Assembly (NCBI GenBank): GCA_024679065.1
Contig: JAGIQG010000007.1
Span: forward strand, 77,004,001-77,068,000
Origin: Sphyrna mokarran
Taxonomy: Eukaryota
Direction of reading: 5' to 3'
DNA length: 64,000 nt
Translations under genes and position numbers: made by a program
The notes under the pieces: model-generated
Database searches by the model: none
Seen by the model: only the letters and a program-made list of their open reading frames with translations
Told to the model about the DNA's origin: nothing
Part shown: in pieces, positions 37,091-49,755 of the stretch
Layout: every line of letters starts with the position of its first letter
Position numbering within the stretch: position 1 is the stretch's first letter

Positions 37091-39345
37091 GACTCCATGA
37101 TGATGTATAGGAGAACATGTCTGGGAATTTCTCTCGCTCTTAAAACACATACCAGAAAGGCAGAAGAGAAACTGAGCAAACTGACTGATGAGACCCAGAT
37201 GATAGTTACTCTTACTGGGTTCATAATTTGCCTTTTAACACACCATGTTTTATTAATGTGTGCCGTGATAGCCTTGAAAATTTCATGTCCCCCGAAGGTA
37301 AGGACACTCCGTGACACTTCATTTCCTTGCCCACGGGAAATGGGTCAGTAAATCCAGTAAAAAAGAACAATGCATAAATTCCCGAGGATGAGAAAGAAAG
37401 GTCTCTCGCAAGCTTTCTAAGGTTGTAGGGCCCGACACTGGATATGAGCTGTGCACGCACTTCGCATTAACAGTTCTATCAGGTCATGATCACAGACGCG
37501 CAGCAGCCCAAACTGTGCTCCCCTACCACCTTTACAAATATAGCCTTGTCCACCTACTGCGACCAGCTCGCAGAGTCTCCGCTTTGATTAACAATCAGGA
37601 TTGGAAAATACTGAAACACCACCAGTGAGACAAATAAGAGAAGTAGATGCAGTCCAATAGAGTTTGGAAACCAATTCTAATCAGTCTGAACTGGGTTAAT
37701 CTGGCACAACAAGGTACAAATCAATTTAGATCAATCTGTTTTTAACACACCCTTGAGATGGATTAAAAGAGATCAGTTTAAAATGATCCCATTTCTTGTC
37801 TCCATGTAAAGGCAAAACCTATTCATATCAAATCTAATACATACAGCAAATAAATTGAAAAATAAAATTAAACAATTTGTACTTGTGTGTAAAAGCAAAT
37901 ATAGCATGTGATATATGCATAGAATATTTTTAATCCACTGATTGAGCACAGCACTCAGGTTTATTATTTCTACATTTCAGAATTTTGGAATGCTGTCACC
38001 CAAAAGTCATCTTAGTGCTAAACTAGCAATTTTTGCAACCGGCTGCAGCTTATGACAGGGAATATTTCACCCTGCTGTCAGAACACTATCAATAAAACAT
38101 AGCATTCAGAGTCTGTTCATTTCTCCTCCTTCAATCACTAGAGCATTTGCAATGAAAATGTTATGTTATATTTATTCCTGAACTGATGTGTTGTGCATAA
38201 ATGTAAAATGAAATAATAATATGGGATGTAAGGGGTTAACTTGTCTTAGTCAGTTAACAAAAACATTGCTTATCAAACAGCGACTGAGAAGGGGTGGGGG
38301 GGAGTATATGTCAGTGAGCTCAGGACCTGTTCACTTCCTCAGGGTCAATTCTTCTAGTTATTAAGATTTTATGAATCTGATGAGTGCAGTCTTTTGCTTT
38401 GACTGACAGAATACTGCGCCATTTTGTTTCCATCACCTAATTTGTTTAATTCCTACCGGGACTTGCAAATATGATTTTTATTTTGAAATGCAATGAGCGC
38501 AGCATGCAGTGCTGTGGGAGTTGCAGGACTGGTTATCTGGCATTACTCAGACTGCTAAAAATTCATTAAAATGTGACACCAACACAGTGAGAGACAAATG
38601 ATCACAGGATGAAAAGGAACAGTGGGCATTTCATGGATTAGTGCTGCGTAACCCTAGCCATACAGCTAACTGCATAAACAGATTAATCCAGCACGATTAC
38701 AACTTGGAGGAATATAGAACTATTTAAATTGGTGTCAGCTTTTGCATTTATAGAGTTGGATATGGATATAGATGGAGTTACGCAATGCAATCGGTGATCG
38801 CAAACGTTTTAAATGGGCATCAACTGAAAGTTGTTTGAGAGAATATTAAATTGCATCTGAAGGAGTGCCCCCTATGGACAGCCATCTTTTCTAAAATGAA
38901 TCAGACATTTTCCAATCAACGCAAAATGGCCAAAAAGCTAAATTAATTCAATCTTATATTAAATGTTGTGCTTGATTATATTCAGTTATGTACTATTAAT
39001 AAAATCCCACCTACAGGTATCAACAAATGTAGATACGGTTTGGAATTGTTTATAGGAGTGTTATGAGAAAATGTCTAAAGTTTAATATTAACTTGATTTT
39101 GCATCCAGATATGCAATTAACTACATTACTCTAGATATACAAATGGTAAATAGTATTTTACTTTGATTTAGCCTTTCAATAATGAGAAAAGGCTTTGAAA
39201 TTAGTGTTGGGCTGCATGTGCTGTTTGTTTTATTTTTTTCCCAATCTATAAAGTACAGGATACTGAATGGAGTAAATGATTCCCCTAAACAAACCCTGCA
39301 CTTTATAATCTGCTTTCCTAATCTCCCTCACATTTTTAATTGCAG

Positions 39346-39465
39346 ATGAGCAAAGTGAAGACTCTGAAGGCCCTGGTAAAACCACTGTTTCAGCTGGTGC
39401 TCCTGATAACAAGGACAAAACTGAAAAAGACAACAAAGAAAACAAGAAGTCTGACAAAGACTCTG
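39346..39465 (+). CDS. ZFHX4: ZFHX4 internal coding exon (120 nt, phase 1 to 1), (D)EQSEDSEGPGKTTVSAGAPDNKDKTEKDNKENKKSDKDS(G)
   Basis: Polypyrimidine tract plus ttgcag| acceptor and CTG|gtaata donor. The frame is open and the peptide resembles the acidic EQSEE..NKDSG linker I recall from tetrapod ZFHX4. Its phase matches the next exon. Confidence 0.88.
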
Positions 39466-42400
39466 GTAATACTTGTAGATTTTGTCATTTTTCCATATTA
39501 AATTTTCTTTGATCTTAAAATTATTTGCACAGTTCCCCTCCCCCGTCTCAATTATATTCGTCACATGTGTGTTTTACATGTGATTTCTATCAGTAGCCTC
39601 ACGCTGACCTACTTTTAATCATAACCATCTGACAGGATAGATGCGGATAAGTTGAAGAATATTACAGAATGGCCAGTGAGATTATTTTTTAATCAAATAA
39701 GTTTGCGTGCTTGTAATTTTAAGCGCCTTTCATTAATCTTTGCTGTACTTGTGATTCCTCTGATGACATATTAATTTTGTTTAAGCCCAGGATTAGATAC
39801 CAATCATGTATTTTTTCCATTATGGTGAGGCATATCAGTATCACTGACCAGAGGCCTTTCAGCCTACTTATTTTTTAGTCATTTTCCTTAGTAATACAAA
39901 GCAGCCTTCTCTACCTGAGCAATAAATTCTGAATTAATGCTTTTTGCAGAAGTTGTACTCCTATAATCGCATCTTGCATAAAACCAGCATCTGGTATAAA
40001 TACCACAGGCTCTGTTCTCTATTTTATTTGGCGGATATTGCAGGATGCATGATTTGCTTTTTGTCGTCTAAGTTTGTATTTTTTTGATTTTTGTATCAAA
40101 GAGAAAACTGCGATCAAAACTTAATATTACATGAGCTGCCTTTACAGCACGCAAGATGGTTAAATTATGTTGACTGCGATGAAGCCAAAGTGCTGAAATA
40201 GGTTAAAAAACTATTGACTCCAGGTAACTCAATGTTCTTTTATACCCAGAAGACACATAAGCTCAAAAATGAGCGTGAAAATAAATAAACGATTTTATTT
40301 GTGGGATAAAAAGGAACACCGCTGCCTTACATAAAGATTAAAAAGGGAAGTTTAGTAAGCATTTACTGAGTGGTAACTTTATTGACACAACTGCAACAAG
40401 GCAGTTTCAATTTTGGCCAAATTGATGTGCGCCACATAGATTTTCACTTTTTTTTTGATTAAATTTGGATAATTTCAAAATCCTTTCAAATTATGCCATA
40501 TTCTATAATAGAACCCAATAAGGAGCTAAACCTTGTCATTTTGTTTTTAACGTTAGAGCTCTTGTGTCACCATGTTGTTAAATGCATAAGTTTATCCCAG
40601 TAAATGGTACATTGGAATAATCAGGAAGCAGAGTTCAAGCAGCTTTTACTGGGCTGAAAATTCATCTGGTGAAGCAGAACTCACCAATATCTCATTTATA
40701 TTGGCATTTTAATCTAGCATCACTTTAGATTAATTATAATCAGAATTGCATTTTCAATGCAAATGTATTAATCTGGATAAACTCCAGATTAATCCTGCAA
40801 TACATTGATGTAATGTGTCTCTGACAGGGATTAAGGAGACAGTTTTCATAATACAGTTTACACAAGTAAGATGTAAATTTACCTTAATTATTCCAAGCAA
40901 TATTACCAATAGACATATTTTAGTTTGTGAGCAAGCATTCCTTATTCATAAACGTTAATTTATTTTTATTATTTAAAAATAATTTAGGCATGTGCTAAGA
41001 AGTGAAACATTAATTCTTGATGCATTGAAGTAAAACTAAGACATCAAGGACACAGAACTTATGAAGACAAATCTAATTTTTTTCTATAAGTTTCTTTATG
41101 GCCAATCAAAGTCTTTGTAAAATACTGTTAAAAATATTCTCACCCAACAGTAGGTATGCTGGTGCAAAGTTTGAGCTTTGGGCTTGACGCATGACTTAGT
41201 TTGACATTAAAATGCTGCCATTTGAACCATGGGTCAGCAATGGTTAACCTACTTTTCCATCTCTGTATTTCATATCAATGACAAGAGATGTAAAATACAA
41301 TGGAAAAGCCATTTGCCGTTGTATTTCACTTAACTGCAGTCGTTTAAAATTTTTGAAGCCAATTACCTAATGATGGACTGTGTTAGGGAGTTAATACGAA
41401 TATTCACACTCAAACAATGTTTTGGATTCAGTATTTCTCTATTTTCATAGATTAATAAACATTCTGTGGATCAGAAAATCTCTATATTTTTACAGTCAGC
41501 ATCTGAACTGTATGGAATGTTTAATATTTGTAGGTTAAAAACAAAAGAGCCTAGTTGCATTTTTGAAAGCCAAAATGTATTTAATACTTTGCACAAAGTA
41601 TTAAAGCCTTTTTGTTGCATGAGGTAGACACTATGTAAATATGAAATTTGTGATGCTGTAAATTTAGTTAATACATTCAGTTTGTCAGAGGCAAAGGCAC
41701 ATCTCTTCTGGGTTGAAGTATTCCAAACATCATCACTGACAAGATTCAAAATAATATTTTAATATTCAGATTTTAAAATATTCTTAGATGTCTTATAATT
41801 AAGTTGCAAGGATGTGTGGTTTTGATATATTAACTATATATTGTGCTGTCAATTGTATCTATAAGTTCATGATTATGTTAATAATGGGTCAATATTACAA
41901 AATGATACTAATAAGCAAATTTTAATATCTTTTTCAAAAATGTACCTATGGGCAGTGGTAATGTCATCTTTGAATAGAAATAACTAACAGTCCTGTGCTT
42001 TTGTTTCATATCTTCAGTTCTTTGCTTCAGGAGTGTTTTAGCCGAGTGGCCTCCAGATTGTTCTTTCTCATTTGTCTTCTCTCTTTTAGGTACTTAAAAA
42101 GATTGTTTGATTCTCTCACTCTGGACGCTTTCGTCATCTGTTCAGCAATAATCCTGTTAGAAACACTTTGCGTTGGTTTCCAGATACTATATTAGAATTA
42201 TTTGGTCCTTTGTATCACTGAGAATTTTAATGCTTGGCTATTCCAGCACCAATTATTACTCAGAAGAAAAAGCTCAATGATAGTTGAGATGTTGGACATA
42301 AGTCACAGAATTAATTTAAGGAGTAAGCATTTGGATATAAGATGTAATAGACGAATGTGTTTTATTTGTGCCCACTAGATAACAATTGGAACTGTATACT

Positions 42401-43505
42401 AACTAGATGATTCTATGTTAATAGTGCCACATTATCTTCAAGTAGATAAGCAATGTCAGGGCTATTTTTGAAAATCAAATCGCTTAGACAGCAGCAATCA
42501 GCAACCAGGTTAATTGCCTGACTTGTAGACTGGATTCTTGCTGTGCAAATATCACACAGTGCATTTTGTTTTGTTGTAATTGACCAAGCAACCAAGATCA
42601 TGAAGAACCTGTGTCAATCTGAGAAATATCATGTGGCAGCTACTTAGAATAGTGCATTATTGTTAGAGGTGAAAATAAAATGAGGTCAGAATACATACAT
42701 AAGCAGAAACAATTTTGTGTTAAGGAATGTGACAGCAAGCTCTAAAGCTGAGTATTAACCATAATGTTAATAAAAATTAAATGTCAGCCATAAATGTAAT
42801 ATGCACTGCTTAAGGACTTGCTTGTCAAAAGATAGCATTTATGAAGTAAAAGTATTTGTCTGCAGACAAAAAGATAGGTATGTTTTTTTCTCTACTAATG
42901 ATAGCTCTTGTCATGAAGACCTTTCTAAGAACATGCAATTGGAATAATTTAGGTATATTAGGATTTACACAGTGTCATCTGTTTAAAATGGCTTCACTCT
43001 CCTGTGTTTCATTTAAATTTATTGTGTGTTCATCGTATAGTATATTCTTTTTATATCCATATTTATATATAATATATTTTATATTGGTATCTGGTGCCTA
43101 TCGATTGTTCATATTCATTGCATTACGGGATGCAGTTGTCCACTGATGCTGTTCCCAGCTTCACAATAATTGAGTTTCAAACTGACTGGAAGGTGGTGAA
43201 CATTGAAAGTTAAAATTAAAAGTGCTTATAATAAAAAGCTGAAGAAAATATCAGATGCTGAACAGGGATGAGATTGTAAAGGTTGGTAAATGAGCTTTTC
43301 TGTTTTCCATGAGATGTATGTGACATGCCTACCCAACATCGATGTAATATCCAGATTCAAATAAAAGATTATCCAGCAATTTGATTTTGGAAAGAATACT
43401 ATGATGGGCTGTAAGATCAGCATTGCACTCTTGAGACTAATGTGCTTTTTTTTCTATTTTGTGCTATAAAGCAGGCTAGAAATTCATTCCAAGTATTTGT
43501 ATTGT

Positions 43506-43788
43506 AGGGTGGCACAGTGGATAGCATTGCTGCCTCACAGCCCCAGGGATCCAGGTTCAATTCCTAGTTTGGGTTATTATCTGTGCAGAGTCTACATATC
43601 CTCCCTGTGTTTACATGGGTTTCCACCAGGTGCTCCCACAGTCTGAAAGATGTGCAGGTTAGGTGCATTGGTCATACTAAATTCTCCCTCTGTATAGCCA
43701 AATTGGTGCCAGAGTGTTTCACAGTAACTTCATTGCAGTGTTAATGTAAGCCTACTTGTGATACTAATAATAAACATAAACATAAACT
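43506..43788 (+). mobile_element. V-SINE (HE1-like) with gcctacttgtga..taataataaac tail
   Basis: Head, box B ggttcaattcc, V-domain; tail type shared with 1493 and 9805. Confidence 0.9.
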
Positions 43789-43849
43789 TATCACAGCTAG
43801 CACAGATTTACCATATATATGGTAGCATACTGGGTATGTTATGTGACCA

Positions 43850-44080
43850 GTGAGTCAAAGCCTAGATAAACGATACGAGACATGAGTTAAAATCCCACCA
43901 TAGCAATTAGGAAATTTAAATTCAGATTAGATTAATCTGAAATAAAAAGCTTAGATCTTTGCTCATGATCATTGAAATATCAAATCATTGTAAAATCCAT
44001 CTGGTTCAGTAATGTTCTTCAGGGAAGGAAATTGGCCTTCCTTTCCTAGTCTGACCTATATGTGATTGCAAACCGACTGC
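43850..44080 (+). mobile_element. Second SINE-like family fragment (aaatcccaccat..ccatctggttca.taatgt..agggaaggaaa)
   Basis: Box-B-like gagttaaaatcccacc. A related inverted piece lies at ~19130-19330 and a probable related tail at ~35520-35558. Confidence 0.55.
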
Positions 44081-44084
44081 AAAA

Positions 44085-44169
44085 TAGAAATTGGCACCCA
44101 GCCAAAGCTCCATTCACTGCAGTGGGATGGGAAAATCCTGCGGACGTGAATGGTCATAATATTCTGGCC
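44085..44169. mobile_element. MITE-like fragment related to 3462-3598
   Basis: Shared ccattcactg..gatgggaaaatcctgc..atggt..att..gcc. Confidence 0.6.
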
Positions 44170-44189
44170 AAAGTCTCATCTTCACACTG

Positions 44190-46285
44190 AGAATACCCTC
44201 CCTCAGGTTAGAAGGCACCTCTGCTGGACCAGAGGAAAGTTTCAGAACAGAGATAAGCAGCTCAAAACTGAGCATCTCTGAGCAGCGTGGATCCTCATCA
44301 TTAACAGAATTGTATTCCACCATAATCTGTAACCTATTGCCCAGCATAGAACTCCCTCTACTTTTGCTAGGGAGAGCAACTCTGGTTCAATAAAAAATGC
44401 AAAAAAACATGCCAGGAGCAGCACTTTGCTCAGCTAAAAATGAGATATCACCTGGTGAAGCTACAGTATGGGAGGCAGAGCTAAACAATCTCACAATCAA
44501 CAATCAGATCAAATTTCTGCAGTCCTGCAACATCCAACTATAAATGGTGATCAATAATTTAAACATTAACGTGTGGAGGAATCTCTATGAACATCACCAT
44601 CCTCAATGATAGCAGAGTCCAATGCACGAGTGTAAAATACAACTGAAGCACAAGTTTCGAGTAGATAATCCATTTCAATCTCTTCTTTGAGCCCCACTAT
44701 GGCTGATGCCAGTCATCAGTCAATTTGATTAATTTCACAGGATATTAAGAAACAGCTGAGCATACTGGATACACAACAAACTAGGACTCTATCGGCATGC
44801 TGACTATACTTCTTAAGATATAGCTCCAGAACTAGCCATGCTCTTGTCCAAGCTATTTCAGCATGGCTACAACACTGGCATCTTCTCAAGAAATGGAATA
44901 TTGCCGAAGTATGTTCTGTGCACAAAAGCAAGACAAATCAGCTCTGGCTGTTTATTACCCCATTGGTCTACTCTTAATTTTCAGCATATAGAACATAGAA
45001 CATTACAGCGTCATATACATCTGTCATATTGATGACAGATATCACCAACAATGATGTCATTGCTCTACAGTGCTCAGTTTGAGTTCCATCTGAAGAACCA
45101 GTTCCAGACCTCAGTACATTCTTGGTCCAAACATGGACAAGAACTGAATTTAAGAGGTGATGGGAGAGTGATTACCCTTGACGCCAAAGCAGCTTTTGGC
45201 TGAGTGTAGCATCAAGGAACTCTGATAAAATTAAAGTCAGTGGGAACGAAGGAAAAACTCACCACTAGTTGGAGTCATACCTTGCACAAAGGAAGATGGT
45301 TATGGTTCTGGGAAGTTAATCACCTAAGCTATAATTGCAGTTCCTCAGGGTAGCATCCTGGACCCAATCATCTTCAGCTAATTCATTAATAACCTTCTCT
45401 CCATCATAATATCTGAAGCGGGGATGATCATTGATGATTACACAAATGTTCAGTTACATTTGCAGCTTCTTAGATAATGAAGCAGTCCATGCTTGCATGC
45501 AGCAATACTGGGCAAATTCACGCTTGGGCTGATAAGTCATTAGTAACATTGCAACACACGAGTGCCAGGTAATAACCATCTCCAATGAGAGAGAATAAGT
45601 ATCTTCTTGACATTCAAAAGCATCAGCACTATCAAATTCCCCACTATCAATATCCTGAAGATCACCATTAACTAAAAATATGTCTGAACCAGCTGCATAA
45701 ATATTGCAGTGACTAGAACGGGTCCAAGACTGGGTTCCCACAGTGAATAATTCACCTCCTGATTCACCAAAACCTTTGCACTATTTACAAGTCAAGAGTA
45801 TGATGGAGTACCCTTATCTAACTTTGATGAGTACAACTCCATTAACACAGAAGAAGCTCAGCAATATACAGGACAATGCAGCCTACTTGATTGGCATCCC
45901 ATCCATCACCTTAAGCATTCACTCTGTCCACTCACATGACTGCACATGTACCATTACAAGATGCACTGCAGCAAATTGCCATGGATTCTTCAACAGCACT
46001 TCCCAAACACATGATGTCAACAATCTTGAAGAGCAAGGCCGTCAAGCACTCAGGAATACAAACACCTCCTCAAAGATTCTCTCCAAGTCACATACCATTT
46101 CAACTTGGGAATACATTGTTGTTCCTTCATTGTCAATGGATCAAAATCCTAGAACTCCCACCTTCACCACTCTATCTCTCATAGTTCAAGAAAGCAGCTG
46201 ACTATCTCCCTTTCAAGGATAATTAGGAATGTCCATTACATGCTGACATACCATTGATGTCCATAACCTGTGAATGAAAAAATAA
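44190..46285 (+). mobile_element. Decayed CR1/L2-clade LINE (~2.1 kb) with RT motifs and 3' tail
   Basis: gttcctcagggtagcatcctggaccca encodes VPQGSILxP; attgatgat is a xADD-like motif; ORF fragment QVKSMMEY; tail gtgaatgaaaaaa. Confidence 0.85.
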
Positions 46286-46902
46286 TTAAGCTTATGAGTG
46301 CAATAGTATAACCTTTGTTATTCAGCTAAAAAAATTATGACCAATAATGAGGATTTAGAAATGCAGAGCAGATATAAAGATTTAATACTATTTTGCACAT
46401 AAAAACACAAGTTATTGGGTGGGATTTCTCTCCTTCTCCGCAACGTGTTTTGCAATAGTGGGATCTTGTGGTTCCATCATTGTCAATGGAGCTTCCTACA
46501 GAACGCACCCCCCCAGCAGGATTTTGGCAACTGTTTATATATCAAACACAGTGTTCTGAACTGAACCAAATTGAAATCCAAATTGCTGAGCTTGTTAAAG
46601 TGTAGTAGTGATTAATTTTCCAAGATAACAATAAGTTAACTAAATAGCTCAGAAGCAATTATTAAGTTTATTATGTTGGTCTGTTTTTCCAATTCTTTGT
46701 GTAAACTTATACAACACGAAGAATTTCTTGGGTTAACATTCAATGTTATGCTCCCACTTATTCTTTGATTCAAATATATATAAAATATTTAGACTGATGG
46801 GTTTTTTTAAAGTTTAAAATTCAGTATGTTTTCCATCATCATTGCATATTATCATCACCTTGAATCACTAATGTAGCTCTAAGTCTTGCAAATTAATTTG
46901 GA

Positions 46903-47027
46903 TAGAACAATGTTGTGCCGAGCTATGTCCAAACTCAAGATCAAGCTATCCCACTCCCTATCATTCTGTTGTGCTCCATGTGCCTATCCAATAACCACTT
47001 GAAAGTTCCTAAAGTGTCCGACTCCTT
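46903..47027 (-). mobile_element. CR1 3' tail fragment
   Basis: gatagaac..atgttgtgccg..ccatgtgcctatccaat..cttgaaagttcctaa. Confidence 0.6.
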
Positions 47028-47603
47028 GAAATATTATTTCCGAAAATATCAAAACTAGTTCAGTAGTGGTTTGAATTTCCAGAATGTTTTACTGTCAGTG
47101 TGAGATAAGAAATTACTAAATACAGGGGTGACACATTCTTTTGTAATCTCAGCCCATAATAAGGAGTTCTGATTTCGGACAACAGAGTTTCTCTGTCAAA
47201 CCAGTAGGAGGTGCTTAAAACCTACTATCCAGACACCAACCAGTAGAGCTTAACATCAAATAAATATTGTGAGCACTATTTATGCATTAGATAAATTAAT
47301 TTCTTGAATTCAAAGAGGAATCTTTTGATTTATTCTGCTACCTCGCTGCTATTTTCTTTCTTTCTCCAGAAATGGCGAGTGGAGGATAAAACAGTGTGAC
47401 AGGCTGTTTGCTATAATGTAGGTTAAAAAGAACTGCTTGCATTTCTGGGAATATATTTGTAAGAAAATGGCAATATTCGAGAGCTAGCCTCTTTACATGA
47501 GTTGAATCTAAACAGTTTTAGAAAGTGAAGAACATAACAGGTTTCTGTTTGCTGAATTGCCGTTTACACATTAATAGATTGATAAGTCATATTCTCTTAG
47601 CAG

Positions 47604-47737
47604 GAACAACTGCACAATGTACAGAATCTCAAGAAAGCTCTGTAGTGGGAGACCACCAATTGCCACAGGGGGCAGATGATGACCTTACTTCCAGGAGACC
47701 TCGGTCAGCTGGAGGCAGCAAACCCTGCCAGGAGCAG
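47604..47737 (+). CDS. ZFHX4: ZFHX4 internal coding exon (134 nt, or 137 nt from 47601; phase 1 to 0), GTTAQCTESQESS...RRPRSAGGSKPCQEQ
   Basis: ctcttag|cag| tandem acceptor and CAG|gtgaga donor. It ends in C-x-EQ just before the YQCPYC finger exon, as in ZFHX3/4. Phases are consistent on both sides. Confidence 0.87.
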
Positions 47738-48182
47738 GTGAGAGACGAAAGGGATTTTTTTATTCATTGTCTTATTTTTCTGGTCTGTTTTCTTTGTCAG
47801 TTTTGCTTAATGAATTGCTCACCAAAAAAATTTGCAGCAAATTATTTGTAAAAAGTTCATTTAAAAATATTCAAACTGTCTAGAATTACCTTTGCTGTAT
47901 TTTGACCTGATGTTTTCTATTACAAACATCAATTAAAGGCATATTGGCTTAATTTTTGAAATGGATATGAGAAATGCCGACAGTATAAACAGGATCCATT
48001 TGAGAGCATTGAAGATAGCATCTGATATAAAAAAAGTCTAATTTTTAACTAAAAATGGATAAAACTATTTGAAATCTTACTGTTAAAAAGGACAATGTGG
48101 CTAATCGACTTATCTTTGTTATAAAGCTGACTCTGTTAACATGAAGGAATAAAATTGTACCTGGGAATTCAATAATTGTTCT

Positions 48183-48239
48183 TGAGAATAAACATTGTAT
48201 TTGGGAATAAATGTTGTATTTGGGAATAAACATTATATT
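48183..48239 (+). repeat. Three tandem 19-bp units (tgggaataaacattgtatt)
   Basis: Directly visible, 1-2 mismatches per unit. Confidence 0.9.
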
Positions 48240-48389
48240 CAATTTAACTTCATGTTTTATAAATGCAATTGTAATTTCTCATGTAAAATGAAATGATATG
48301 GCATTCTTAAAAAGCAGAACAGAGAAACCTTCCATGCTATATACCACCAGGTTTTAATATAAATTTTACTAAATATTCTTTGGTTACAG

Positions 48390-48590
48390 CTGTACCAGTG
48401 CCCCTACTGCAATTATAACAGTAAGGATGGGAACAGGATCCAGATGCATGTCATGTCCCAGCATTCCATGCAGCCAGTCATCTGCTGCCCTCTCTGTCAG
48501 GATGTGCTCAGCAACAAGATTCATCTACAGCTCCACCTGACCCACTTGCACAGTGTGGCACCTGATTGTGTGGAGAAGCTACTTATGACT
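48390..48590 (+). CDS. ZFHX4: ZFHX4 coding exon (201 nt, phase 0 to 0) with two C2H2 zinc fingers, [25 protein letters not shown]...[35 protein letters not shown]
   Basis: ttacag| acceptor and ACT|gtaagc donor. Two CxxC..HxxxxH motifs and the hallmark ZFHX3/4 sequence [19 protein letters not shown]. Confidence 0.96.
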
Positions 48591-49419
48591 GTAAGCGGTT
48601 TAAAACGTATCTCAGTCAAGGAGTTTTTTTTGGTTTCAGAACTGGAAATTGAAATCCATCATTATTTGAAATATAAGCTGGAGAGCTTATTGCCCTTTTC
48701 AGAACAAAATGTATTCCCATCGTGATTTATGCTGTAAGATAATTACTAATTTACTATTAGATGAACTGCGCTACCTCTTAAGCATAATACATTATGAGGG
48801 GTTGACACACTGGTCCACATTTTCTCATTTAGAAATAAAATAGCAATGGGTGTAGTGTTGTTATATATTCTTGTGTGTTAGGAATTAACATTCTGATTTC
48901 TACACGCTACATAGCCTTTTAAGGCTATTCTAATGAATTTGGAAAGAAAATGCATTCATAGGAGAAAATAAGCAAAACCCATCATGCAGTTACTGAAGAA
49001 ACAGATTAAAAGTCACCTGAGAAATAAGCAGAATTTTAAGAATAGCAGTAATACAGATTTGTGAATACAAGTGGTTATTTAAAACTCAGTTGGAGATAAC
49101 TCTAATGAGCATTAAAAAAGATAAAATGTCAATAGAAATTAAGTTATAGACAGCAACAAGAGGGATTTAGTAAGGAAATGCGCTCTGAAGTTGCAAAAGA
49201 ACAATTTATATGGAAGTGTAGAGAAAGGAATAAGGGGAAGTAATAGATCTGTGGTGTGAATTACTTAGGTGTCATTCGTGCTTCAGCAATACCAGTATAA
49301 CCTCCAAGTGAGATTGTGTGGCTTCAAGTTTCACTTCAGAGCTGAGCACATAATCCAGTCTGATGCTCAGTACTAGTCTAGTGCTGAGAGCCAACTGTTG
49401 TGAAAACGCTGAAGAGCAT

Positions 49420-49755
49420 TGAAGCCCTCCCCGCCCCGTAACCCTTGACCATCTTGTCAATCAAAAATCTAACTTGGCCTTGAATGTATTCAGTGTCCCA
49501 GCCTGCACTGCTGTTTGAGTGAGAGAATTCAACAGATCGGCTGAGAGAAACAAATTCTGTCATCCCGGCCTTAAATAGGAGAATCCTAATTTTTAAACTG
49601 TGCTCCTCTAGACTGCTCAAGAAGGGAAAACATCTTCTCAGCATCCAACTTGTCTGGATCCTACAGGCTTCAATAAGATCACCCCTCATTCTCCTAAGCT
49701 CCAATGAGCATAGGCCTTTCTCAAAAACTAACCCCGTCATCCCAGGAATCAGACA
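49420..49755 (-). mobile_element. CR1 LINE 3' fragment
   Basis: Minus-strand peptide LIPGMTGL..GLCSLELRRMRGDLIEAC. Confidence 0.85.

Noticed and set aside
40769-40793. Small hairpin ttaatctgga-taaac-tccagattaa
   Set aside because: 10-bp arms in AT-rich DNA are too short to be significant or to form a pre-miRNA.
45743-46201. 152-aa ORF
   Set aside because: Part of the decayed LINE at 44190-46285.
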